Assembly: GCA_963733195.1 (NCBI GenBank)
Contig: CAVTCR010000011.1
Location: 1 to 59,571, forward strand
Reading direction: 5' to 3'
Length of the DNA: 59,571 bases
Source: an uncultured delta proteobacterium
GTDB taxonomy: Bacteria; Desulfobacterota; Binatia; Bin18
The position numbers and the translations under genes were made by a program. Positions 45,774 through 55,588 of this stretch are shown here, piece by piece (position 1 is the stretch's first letter; each line of letters begins with the position of its first letter). The notes under the pieces were generated by a model. That model had not been told where the DNA came from and made no database searches. It saw only the letters and a list, made by a program, of their open reading frames with translations.

Positions 45774-46547
45774 GTGGAGAAAACTTCACCACAGAAGCCT
45801 GACACTATTTTATTTCCCCGCAACAGAGAACAGGTGTTTTTTCTCGGGCTGATTTTTCTTCTTCTCCTGGCCATCGGGGTCAGTGTTATTCGACAATCGT
45901 CTTTTCTTTCCCTGGTTGGATTCTCTTCCCCGCCACAAAAGAAAGAGAGTGAAGCAGACGAAGAAGACAGCACTCATGTAGACTTCCTAACTGTCGCTGC
46001 GCTTTCTACAGAAGAAACGGACATCGGAAAGTTTCGTTCGGGAGGGTTAGGTCTTACACGGACGAGCTGGGAAGTGCTGCATGGCAAGCCAGAGGCGGTA
46101 GGCCCTGTCACAGTTGTGTATCAGGAAAAAATGTACACCGTTATGTATCAGCAAGACTTGGTGTGGCAAATTGAAAAATCGTGGGGCACGACGAGCCCTA
46201 CATCGAAAGAGGCACGCACGCGCATTCGTCGATACCTTCCTCTTGATAGCCATCTTGTGCAGACGATCACAAAATCTGATGACACCCTTGTTGACGTCTA
46301 TCGTAGCCACATGCTGGCACAGCTGCTCTCGCCGCAACCCACAGCACCGCCCTCAAAGAAGAAGGTTAAGCGGAAACGGAAGGATTTGCCAACTGAGGAT
46401 TGCGTCGTTGTTCATCGCCTCGACAAACAGAAAGTGACTTCCACTTTATTATACATCGGTGCCCCAAAACCAGAAGGCTATCTCCCACCACAGAGCCAGG
46501 CTATACCGGAAAAAACGACCGCCAAGAAAAGAATCCGCGCAGCATGA
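45774..46547 (+). CDS. Hypothetical membrane-anchored protein
   Basis: 257-aa ORF with N-terminal TM helix and basic patches; no recognised family. Confidence 0.55.
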   Translation: MEKTSPQKPDTILFPRNREQVFFLGLIFLLLLAIGVSVIRQSSFLSLVGFSSPPQKKESEADEEDSTHVDFLTVAALSTEETDIGKFRSGGLGLTRTSWEVLHGKPEAVGPVTVVYQEKMYTVMYQQDLVWQIEKSWGTTSPTSKEARTRIRRYLPLDSHLVQTITKSDDTLVDVYRSHMLAQLLSPQPTAPPSKKKVKRKRKDLPTEDCVVVHRLDKQKVTSTLLYIGAPKPEGYLPPQSQAIPEKTTAKKRIRAA

Positions 46548-46907
46548 ATCCCGGAAAACTATCGCCCCCAATGGTAAGGGTCGGACACAAGGAAGGTCGT
46601 AACTCGTACGCGTCAGGGTATCGTTTTCCCTGGAGAATATACAGGAATCGGGGGATTTGACCCTTACGCTTCACTTTCAGTTGGCGCAATTTCTTCGGCG
46701 CCACCGACTATCCCTCTACTTCTTACTTCGGTTGAATAAGCTTGAAGTACATCCCACCTTTGGGACGTAGGTGCATAGCATGATCCAGGCAGGTTGGTGC
46801 AGTAGCAGGTCGTCAAGCGTCGCCCTCTTTCGCATCTCTGGCCTATGAGCCCTGCCCTGTGCTAGAGTCCGCTCCAATCACACCTATCGCAAAAGGAGGA
46901 CTGCCGT

Positions 46908-48126
46908 ATGCCCATGCCGTTAGAAGGAATTCGCGTGCTCGATTGGACAATCTGGCAACAAGGGCCAGTCTCCACCATGATGCTCGGCGACCTTGGTGCT
47001 GAGGTGATCAAAATCGAAGAACGCGTCGGCGGTGACCCTGGCCGAGGCATCATGAGTATCGGTGGAACTATGACCGGCGTTTCTGGCCAACGCAATTATT
47101 ATTTCGAGGTCAACAACCGCCATAAGAAAAGCATCACGCTGAATCTCAAAAATCCCGAAGCCAAAGAGATTGTGTATAAACTCGTAGAGAAATCTGACGT
47201 TTTCGTGCAGAACTTCCGCAAAGGAGTTGCCGGAAAACTCGGCCTCGATTATCAAACCCTGTCGAAATACAATCCAAAGCTGATTTACGCGAGCGCTACC
47301 GGATACGGTCCAGAAGGGCCAGACTCTGGTGAACCTTCTTTCGATTATATGGGGCTGGCACGATCCGGCATTATGAATGCCGTTGGAGAACCAGATATGG
47401 CTCCATTGAGTATCACTGGCGGTATCGCCGATCAGATGGGTGCGATTATGTTGGCCTATGGCATCATTACTGCTCTGTACACACGTGAACGTTTCGGAGT
47501 CGGGCAAGAAGTTGATTCGTCTCACTTAGGGAGCATGATGGCCCTGCAAGGGTTGAACCTGGCGAGTCGCTTGACCCTAGGCAAAGAGTTTCGCCGTGCG
47601 TATCGCACCAAAGCGCCGAATCCACTGTGGAATCACTATAAGTGTGGTGACGATAAATGGATTTGTCTGGCGATGATCCAGGCCGATCGTTACTGGCCAG
47701 ACCTCTGCAAAGCCCTCAGCATTCAACACCTAGAGAAAGACCCCAAGTTCGCCACCATGACGATCCGCGGTAAAAACAGCGAGGAATTGATTGCTGTTCT
47801 CGATAAAACCTTTGCCTACAAAGCCACGTGACGAATGGATGACAATCCTCAAAAACGGTGGCGATTTCATTTATACCATCGTCAATTCGATTAGCGATCT
47901 TCCTGATGATCCACAGATGTTGGCCAACGATTATGTGGTTCCGTACGACCACCCCGCCTGGGGACCGGTGAAGATTGTCGGCGTTCCCGTTCGGTTTAGT
48001 AAAACTCCTGGTGATCCACGCGGCGTCGCACCGGAATTTGGCGAACACACCGAGCAGATTCTGGTTGATATGCTCGGCTATTCGTGGGAAGACATTGGGC
48101 GACTCAAGGAACAGGAGATCATCTAG
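46908..48126 (+). CDS. Family III (CaiB/BaiF) CoA transferase (frameshift near 47820)
   Basis: PLEGIRVLD, LGAEVIKIE, NRHKKSITL, DVFVQNFR, SFDY, APEFGEHT. Confidence 0.9.
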
Positions 48127-48220
48127 GGGTTGAGGGCTAGGGATTGGGGCTGGCAAAAACAGAAGAAGGCAACTCAGTCCTCAGCGCTCATCACTCATTA
48201 CTGTGTAAAGGAGGAACACC

Positions 48221-49438
48221 ATGCCACGACCACTTGATGGAGTACGGGTAATAGATTGGACAATCTGGCAGCAGGGACCAGTATCGACCATGATGCTTGC
48301 TGACCTTGGCGCTGAAGTGATCAAGCTGGAAGAACGGGTTGGGGGAGACCCAGGGCGCGGCGTCTTGAGTATTGCTGGGGCCATGGTTGGCGCTACCAGC
48401 GGTCCTAATTTCTACTTTGAGGCTAACAACCGCCATAAAAAAAGCCTGACGCTCGATCTCAAGAAACCTGAAGCCCTAGAGATCGTTTACAAGCTGGTCG
48501 AAAAATCCGATGTGTTTGTCCAGAACTTCCGCAAAGGTGTAGCTGACAGACTCGGGCTTGGGTACGAGAAGTTCAAGCACCGTAATCCGAAGATCATTTA
48601 TGCCAGCGCAACCGGCTATGGACCGTTTGGACCAGACTCCGCCGAGCCCTCGTTCGACTATATGGGTTTAGCGCGATCGGGGATTATGACAGCCGCTGGA
48701 GAACCTGACATGCCGCCGTTAGCGATTACTGGTGGAATTGCCGATCAGATGGGTGCCATCATGCTCTCCTACGGTATCCTCGCGGCGTTGATCTCTCGTG
48801 ACAAATATGGTGTCGGTCAACAAGTCGATAGTTCCCATCTTGGGAGTATGACCGCGTTACAAGGACTCAACGTCTCGTGCAAAGCCATTCTCGGGAAAGA
48901 ATTCAAACGCCTGCCGCGCGCCGCGGCCCCAAGTCCGTTGTGGAATCACTACAAGTGTGGAGATGATAAGTGGATTTGCCTCGCCATGGCGCAACAAGAC
49001 CGATATTGGAAGGACTTCTGCAAGGTCCTGGGCATCTCCGAGATCGCGACTGACTCGCGGTTCGATACGATGGCGAAACGTGCAGAAAATGCCAAAGACT
49101 TGATCCCGATCCTCGATAAAGTCTTCATCACCAAGCCGCGTGATTACTGGATGAAAGCCTTCAAGGAAGGAGGCGACTTCATTTATACCTTGGTCAACTC
49201 AATTGATGATCTTTTGCATGATGAACAGATGCTCGCCAATGACTACATTGTCGATTACGATCATCCTCGGATTGGGAAGACGAAAGTCGTTGGTTTTCCC
49301 CTCCGTTTGAGTGAAACTCCCGCAGACCCCCGTGGAGCTGCACCGGAATTCGGCGAGCACACCGAGATGATTCTCACCGAACTGCTCGGTTACTCATGGG
49401 AGGATGTGGGACGGTTTCGGGAAACTGAAGTCATCTAG
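48221..49438 (+). CDS. Family III (CaiB/BaiF) CoA transferase, tandem paralogue
   Basis: Same motifs as the upstream gene; intact 405-aa ORF with AGGAGG RBS. Confidence 0.9.
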   Translation: MPRPLDGVRVIDWTIWQQGPVSTMMLADLGAEVIKLEERVGGDPGRGVLSIAGAMVGATSGPNFYFEANNRHKKSLTLDLKKPEALEIVYKLVEKSDVFVQNFRKGVADRLGLGYEKFKHRNPKIIYASATGYGPFGPDSAEPSFDYMGLARSGIMTAAGEPDMPPLAITGGIADQMGAIMLSYGILAALISRDKYGVGQQVDSSHLGSMTALQGLNVSCKAILGKEFKRLPRAAAPSPLWNHYKCGDDKWICLAMAQQDRYWKDFCKVLGISEIATDSRFDTMAKRAENAKDLIPILDKVFITKPRDYWMKAFKEGGDFIYTLVNSIDDLLHDEQMLANDYIVDYDHPRIGKTKVVGFPLRLSETPADPRGAAPEFGEHTEMILTELLGYSWEDVGRFRETEVI

Positions 49439-49545
49439 GAGCTAGGAGTTGGGATATAGGAGTTAGATAAAAGAACGAGGGATCTAAAGATTGACGCATT
49501 TAACGCTCCTCCTAATTCCCAACTCCTAACTCTCAACTCCTAAAG
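49436..49545. repeat. Paired heptamer tandem arrays in inverted orientation
   Basis: (CTAGGAG/TTGGGAT)n ... (CTCCTAA/TTCCCAA)n. Confidence 0.7.
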
Positions 49546-49548
49546 CCT

Positions 49549-50472
49549 ATGCCAACTCGCACCCTTATTCTCACCCCTACCCCACCGTATTCCTTTGATC
49601 TCACCGTACACCGCTTTGTCCGTTTCAAAGATGAAATCGTTGATCGCGTCACACCTCATCAGTATCAACGCCTTTTATCTGTCGACGGCAAACTTGCGTT
49701 GGCAACAGTGACAGACGAAGGGACTCCAGCAAAGCCATATCTACGAGTGGAGCTACAAAGCAAAGGAAAAGTCGATCTCGACCGACCGGAGTTCGCGATC
49801 CAACTCCGCCATATCCTTTGCACTGACCTCGATCTCAGACCATTCTACCGATCGGCCAAGAACGACGAGATCCTTACGACAATTGCGCCTCGCTTCCGTG
49901 GACTGAAACTTGTCCAAAGTCCCACCGTATTTGAAGCGTTGGTCATGGCCGTACTCTCACAGCAGGTGAATTTAACCTTTGCCTACTCCATCAAGAAAGA
50001 ATTGGTCGAAACATTCGGAGAGAAATGGCAAACGAATGGTGAGACACAGCGTGCGTTCCCTGCCCCTGAACGCTTTGCCGAGCAGAAAGAAGAAGACCTG
50101 CTCCGCTTCCGTTTAAGTCGCGCCAAAGCGGGGACGTTGGTTCGTCTCGGACAAGCATTTTCTTCTGGCGCAGTGCAGGAACGAGCCCTCACCCAACTTG
50201 CGGACGAAAGCGTCATCGAGCAATTAACCCAGATCAAAGGGATTGGTCGTTGGAGTGCCGATATTGCCTTGATGCGCGGCTTAGCCCGAGTAGATGCGTT
50301 TCCTGGTGGAGATTTAGGCGTAGTGAAATACCTCGCACAAGGGTTACTTGGCAAAGCCGAGAAAGCCACCGAAACCGAGATGCGTGCCTTTGCTGAACGT
50401 TGGAAGCCCTATCGTGGCTTAGCACTCATTTATTGCTATGCGGAGTTGATGCGCCGGAGCCAGAACGAATAG
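49549..50472 (+). CDS. alkA: DNA-3-methyladenine glycosylase II (AlkA family)
   Basis: FEALVMAVLSQQV, FPAPE, HhH motif LTQIKGIGRWSA, FPGGDLG, WKPYR. Confidence 0.85.
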   Translation: MPTRTLILTPTPPYSFDLTVHRFVRFKDEIVDRVTPHQYQRLLSVDGKLALATVTDEGTPAKPYLRVELQSKGKVDLDRPEFAIQLRHILCTDLDLRPFYRSAKNDEILTTIAPRFRGLKLVQSPTVFEALVMAVLSQQVNLTFAYSIKKELVETFGEKWQTNGETQRAFPAPERFAEQKEEDLLRFRLSRAKAGTLVRLGQAFSSGAVQERALTQLADESVIEQLTQIKGIGRWSADIALMRGLARVDAFPGGDLGVVKYLAQGLLGKAEKATETEMRAFAERWKPYRGLALIYCYAELMRRSQNE

Positions 50473-50512
50473 GAACACGGCTCAGAATACGTTTGCCAAA
50501 GGAGGATGCCCT

Positions 50513-51274
50513 ATGGCTAGATTTTCCGATTACGCTACTAAATATCAAACTATCCGTATGGAACGACGCGACGGCATTTTACAGATAACGTTCCATACGG
50601 ACGGCGGCTCCTTGCGTTGGGGACTTCTTCCTCATCGTGAGTTTCCGCATGCATTCACGGATATTGGCAGTGATCCGGAGAATAAGGTTATTATCATGAC
50701 CGGCATCGGTGATGAGTTCTCTGGCCCACGACCAGCAGGGAATTATCGCCCCGGTGGCAATCCGCGCGCCTGGGACACCATCTACTGGGAAGGAAAGCAT
50801 CTCCTGCAGAATCTCCTCGACATCGAAGTGCCGATGATCGCCGCCGTCAATGGTCCGGCATTACGTCACTCTGAGTTACCATTACTCTGTGATATCGTGC
50901 TGGCATCAGAAACTGCCGAGTTTCAGGACTCAGCGCATTTTCCGACTGGACTCGTCCCAGGTGATGGTATGCATATTGTCTATCCGTTGCTGCTCGGAGC
51001 GAACCGGGGGCGCTATTTTCTCCTTACTGGCCAGATTATCCCTGCCCGTCAAGCGCAGGAACTCGGGTTAGTCGGTGAAGTCTTACCGAAAGATCGCGTA
51101 CTCGCACGAGCATGGGAATTAGCCGAGCAACTGGCGAAGCAACCATTACTCACGCTTCGCTACGCGCGGGTAGCGTTAACCATGGACTTGAAACGGCGCT
51201 TGCAAGATTTGCTCGGTTATGGTTTGGCACTGGAAGGGTTGGCGTCGTTAGACACCGAAACTGAAACCAAATAA
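50513..51274 (+). CDS. Crotonase-superfamily protein, 6-oxocamphor (beta-diketone) hydrolase-like
   Basis: WDTIYWEGK.LL.NLL.IEVPMIAAVNGP, FQDSAHF.TGLVPGDG (His/Asp pair), NRGRYFLLTGQ. Confidence 0.8.
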   Translation: MARFSDYATKYQTIRMERRDGILQITFHTDGGSLRWGLLPHREFPHAFTDIGSDPENKVIIMTGIGDEFSGPRPAGNYRPGGNPRAWDTIYWEGKHLLQNLLDIEVPMIAAVNGPALRHSELPLLCDIVLASETAEFQDSAHFPTGLVPGDGMHIVYPLLLGANRGRYFLLTGQIIPARQAQELGLVGEVLPKDRVLARAWELAEQLAKQPLLTLRYARVALTMDLKRRLQDLLGYGLALEGLASLDTETETK

Positions 51275-51291
51275 TCGAAGGAGGAAGGTCA

Positions 51292-53192
51292 ATGTCCGTG
51301 CATACAACAGTCAGGGTAGGTATCACCCTTGCTTTGGGGCTTGCCTTGTCAGGAGTCACATCACAGGCGTGGGCTGCTGCACCGGTAGTCGGAGCTGACG
51401 GCGCCAAAGTCTATGAGCAACGCTGTGCGCAGTTGCCATAATGGCCAGGTTGCTCGCGCGCCGAAATTTGAATTCCTTAAAGTGCGGAACACCAGAGTCT
51501 ATCGTCGATTCGCTCGAAAACGGGGTGATGAAATTCATCGGCTTGGCAATGTCAGACCCAGACCGAAAAGCTGTCGCTGAATTCATTGCTGGAAAACCCA
51601 TCGCTGGGGAAGACGTCTTAAAAGACACTACTGCTAATCTCTGCCCACAAGCACCGGGGGAGTTTACTCCTTCCGACAAAGACCCGCAGTGGAACGGTTG
51701 GGGAGTCACACTCGACAATGCCCGCTTTCAACCCGCCGAACATGCCGGACTTGAAAGCCGAGCAGGTTCCCAATCTCAAACTCAAATGGGCGTTTGGTTT
51801 TGCGCCCAATTCCGTTGCCTCGCAGCCAACCGTCGTTGGTGGGCGCATTTTTATCGGCACGATGCGCGGGCAAATCTATTCGCTCGATGCCACAACTGGC
51901 TGCGTGTATTGGGCAAAAAAAATCCGCGCGGGTATGCGCAGTACCATCACCATCGCGCGCACTCCCCAAGACGAACCCACCAAAGTATGTCGCGTACTTT
52001 GGTGACCTCGCTGCCAATGTCCATGCCCTTGATGCGCAGACGGGTAAAACATTATGGACGGTCAAAGTCGACAAACATCCGCTCGCACGTGTCACTGGTG
52101 CTCCCAAGTTTCATGAGAATCGCTTGTACGTGCCCGTCACCTCGCTCGAAGAAGCTGGCGGCGGCGAGGCCACCTATCAGTGCTGTACCTTCCGCGGCAA
52201 CGTCGTCGCGTTAAATGCCACCACTGGCAAACAAATCTGGAAGACGTACACGATTCAGAAGAAACTGAGACCGACCTGGAAAAATGCCAAAGGCGTCCAG
52301 CAATACGGACCGGCAGGTGCAGGCGTGTGGGCGTCACCGACATTGGACCCAGAACGTGGAGTACTGTATGTCACTACAGGTGACGACTACGCGGACCCCC
52401 CCTCAAACGCCAGTGACGCGATCATCGCGATGAGCATGAAAACCGGCAAAATCCAATGGATTACGCAGTGCCTGAAGGGGGATGCCTTCAATATCGCGTG
52501 TACGGCAGCCGATAAAACCAACTGTCCGAAAGCCAATGGTCCGGATTTAGATTTCGGCTCTTCGCCGATTCTTCGGATTATTGACGGGAAGCGCGTCGTG
52601 TTGGCCGGACAAAAATCCGGCATGCTGCACGCTGTTGATGCCGACAATAAGGGCAAATTCCTCTGGCAGAAGCGTGTTGGTAAAGGCGGGCTGATCGGTG
52701 GCATTCAGTGGGGACCAGCCGCCGACAGTAATCAGATCTATGTTGCCTTGTCTGATATTGGCGTAAAGCTCGTCGAAGACCCCGACGTCGGCTCGAAGTC
52801 TGAACTCGACAGTACGGTCGGTGGTGGCATGTTTGCTTACAGCATCGCCAACGGCGAGAAGACATGGGAAACCCCACCGCCAGGTTGCGGCGATCGCAAA
52901 AATTGCAGCCCTGCGCAGTCTGCCGCAGTGTCGGTCATTCCCGGTGCGGTGTTCTCCGGCTCAGTTGACGGGCATATGCGTGCCTATGGAACCGAAGATG
53001 GAAAGATCATCTGGGACTTTGATGCAGCTCAAAGAGTTCAAAACGGTGAACGGTGTTCCAGCCAACGGCGGCTCATTTGACGGCGCTGGACCAACCGTCG
53101 TGAACGGCGTTCTTTACACCTACTCTGGATACGGCATGTGGGGCGGCCAGCCAGGGAACGTGTTGTTAGCGTTTTCGGTGGATGGGAAATAA
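51292..53192 (+). CDS. Secreted quinohemoprotein, polyvinyl-alcohol-dehydrogenase-like (cytochrome c plus PQQ propeller; several frameshifts)
   Basis: Signal peptide; CxxCH across an indel near 51430; LKLKWAFGF, YQCCTFRG, GPDLDFGSSP, GQKSG, GGIQWG. Confidence 0.85.
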
Positions 53193-53282
53193 CGAAGAGA
53201 TCCGAGAACGCGGAATGCTGAGTGATGAGATTGTAGGTATTGCTCGTTCCGCTTCTTCGCTCAAGCATCTTAGCATTCATAT

Positions 53283-53906
53283 TTAAGGTAGATGCTTCAC
53301 CCCCTCTTCCAGCCGCTCTTCGAGTTTCTCCACCTTACTCGGGTCCAGCTTTGTTCGTTGCGCAAGAATTTTTCCCCACGAGTCACCCTCATAGCGCTGG
53401 AACCGCTCTGGATTCCACAGTTCGGCACGCTTGAATGAACGCGGGCAGTGGAAGTAACACTCTTCCACTTTGATTTCGATCGCCATCTGCGCCGGGCGAC
53501 CACGAGCACTCAGCTTATCCAAAAGCACAGGATCATCGACGATTTTCGCCCAACCATTGATGCGCATGGTCCATTCTTCGCCAGGGATCAGACAGAGCAA
53601 GCCGACGTGGGGGTTCTCAAGGATGTTGTTGACTCCCTGGAACATCTTGTTACCTGGACGATCGGGGAGATACACCGTTCGTTCGTCAGCAATATAGATG
53701 AATCCTGGTGGGTCTCCCTTGGGCGAAGCATCACACCGTCCCTGTGCATCCGCCGTCGCAACGATGACAAATGGACACTGCGCAAGAAATCGCGCTGCGG
53801 CTTCATCTATGTAGGGGAGCTTATGCTTGACTGTTAAATCATCAGGCGCACCAAAGCGTTCACAAAGATCTGCCGTGGTTCGTGGAGTCTCGTGTTCTGT
53901 ACTCAT
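53283..53906 (-). CDS. Pyridoxamine-5'-phosphate-oxidase-like FMN-binding protein (MSMEG_1061-like)
   Basis: DASPKGDPPGF, PDRPGN, NPHVGLL, ECYFHCPRSFKRAELW. Confidence 0.85.
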   Translation of the reverse strand: MSTEHETPRTTADLCERFGAPDDLTVKHKLPYIDEAAARFLAQCPFVIVATADAQGRCDASPKGDPPGFIYIADERTVYLPDRPGNKMFQGVNNILENPHVGLLCLIPGEEWTMRINGWAKIVDDPVLLDKLSARGRPAQMAIEIKVEECYFHCPRSFKRAELWNPERFQRYEGDSWGKILAQRTKLDPSKVEKLEERLEEGVKHLP

Positions 53907-53976
53907 TTTTCAGCCCTCGATACTTATTTGGACTACTTTCGTATTTACTCTGAGTGCAGTAAGAATTGCCCCAACT

Positions 53977-54426
53977 ATGCGGTTTCTCATCCTCCACGTC
54001 AACAGCTTCTGCTGCACGATCACCGAAAAGGGGCGGTCGAAGGTGTATGAACCGTATGACAATCCGGTAACCCGAGTTGAAGACGCGCTCGTTGTGCTCT
54101 CTAGTATCGAGAAGGGTGACGAGAACAATCCTATGTTAGTGGCTCAACGCGCAGGCGCAGAAATCAGCAAGTTAGCAACGCAGCTCAAAGTCACGACTGT
54201 TGTCCTCCACCCGTTTGCGCATCTCTTCGCTGAGCTGGGCCCACCAGAATTCGCGATTGATATATTGAGCCGTACCCAACAAGCACTGATGGCTACCGGC
54301 TTACTGACCCTTCGGACTCCGTTTGGTTGGTTTAATACATTGCAAATTGATGCGAAGGGGCATCCGTTGTCGCGCGTGGCGCGAATCGTGACGGCAGACA
54401 GAGAAAGCGTGAAACGTAGAGTATAG
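53977..54426 (+). CDS. Stand-alone archaeal-type threonyl-tRNA synthetase editing domain protein
   Basis: MRFLILH, IEKGDE, HPFAHL, PFGW, KGHPLS motifs. Confidence 0.85.
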   Translation: MRFLILHVNSFCCTITEKGRSKVYEPYDNPVTRVEDALVVLSSIEKGDENNPMLVAQRAGAEISKLATQLKVTTVVLHPFAHLFAELGPPEFAIDILSRTQQALMATGLLTLRTPFGWFNTLQIDAKGHPLSRVARIVTADRESVKRRV

Positions 54427-54559
54427 GAGGTTACCTGAAAAGCTACGTCTCGACACGTGACACGTAGCGACGTAATCTGTGCTGAAACCAGGATTACTTG
54501 GTCGCTCTGCTATTCGCATGACACCATTCCCACGTTAGATAGAGAAGAAGGCGCTGACG

Positions 54560-55429
54560 ATGAACGAAAAACTCTCAAGCCTCTGGAACAAGCAGCATCC
54601 ATTGTGAAAACGGTATCTCCTCGGCCTAACCACGTCAACAACCGACAATGCTCCAATGGCGTTTCTGCGTGAAGTGATTCGGCGTGGTACGAAACAGCTT
54701 CGGCTCGTGACGCTGACGGGAGGCGGACTGAACGCTGACCTGATGATTGGCGCAGGTGTTGTCGCCGAATACGAAACCTGTTCGTGTGTCCTCGGTCCGT
54801 ATGGTCCCGCGCCAAACTTCCAATATGCGTTACGTGCGGGGCTGATGAAGATGAAAGATACCACTTGAGGGGTGCTGTATAGCATGATCCAGGCTGGATC
54901 TATGGGCATTCCGTTTCTCGGGGTACGTGGTCTCCTCTACAGTGACATCCTCAAACATCGTCCTGATCTCTTAGTACAAGACAACCCGTTTCATCCAGGC
55001 GAACCAGTTGTTGTCGCCCAATCGATTCGTCCGGATGTTGCTGTCTTTCATGCGCTGAAAGCTGATCGCTGGGGGAATGCAGTGACCCCGGGACGCCGCG
55101 ACGATCTGATGATGGCTCGCGCTGCGCGACGGGTCGTGGTAACCGCCGAAGAAATTATCGATGGTGAACTCACACGCAAAGATGCTGTCGACGACACGTT
55201 TCTTCCGGCAATAGATGTTGATGCTGTCGCCCACGTCCCCCTTGGAGCCCATCCGTGCGGCTTCGGGGCACTGTACGAGCGAGACGAAGATCACTGGCGC
55301 GAATATCTCGAAGCAGCGAAGAGCGAGACAACTTTCCGTACCTACCTTGAACGGTATGTGTATGGCGTGCGAAGTCATGCAGAATATTTGGAACGAGTGG
55401 ACCACTTGCGAACGTGGAATGCAGAATGA
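54560..55429 (+). CDS. Family I CoA-transferase alpha subunit (GctA-like), probable selenoprotein (TGA at 54866-54868); 5' indels
   Basis: PMAFLREVIRRG, DLMIGAG, MKDTT-TGA-GVLYSMIQAGSMGIPF in one frame, PDVAVFHA..ADRWGN, VVVTAEEI. Confidence 0.8.
54883..54904 (+). promoter_or_regulatory. Candidate bacterial SECIS element
   Basis: CAT-GATCCA-GGC-TGGATC-T-ATG hairpin; G-initiated apical loop starts 23 nt after the in-frame UGA. Confidence 0.6.
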
Positions 55430-55565
55430 TGAACGCTGAATGGAAAATAGTAGCCAGCACAAGAACCAATGAAGAATTAAGAGTTAAGAATAGGTTAAAA
55501 GAGAGCACCTTGTTTAGTGTATTGTCTTTTTTAGTTCTTCACTCTTCATTTTTAATTCTTCATTG
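55417..55565. repeat. Paired heptamer tandem arrays in inverted orientation
   Basis: (AATGCAG/AATGATG/AATGAAG)n ... (TTCTTCA/CTCTTCA)n between the CoA-transferase subunits. Confidence 0.65.
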
Positions 55566-55588
55566 AGTTCTCCTCTGACTTCTTTGTT

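Noticed and set aside
21633-53192. Many frameshifts (selA, glmU, glmS, coxA, actB, actF, PQQ dehydrogenase) suggesting mass pseudogenisation or programmed frameshifting
   Set aside because: They hit housekeeping genes at random with otherwise intact motifs and no consistent slippery sites; best explained as long-read indel errors.
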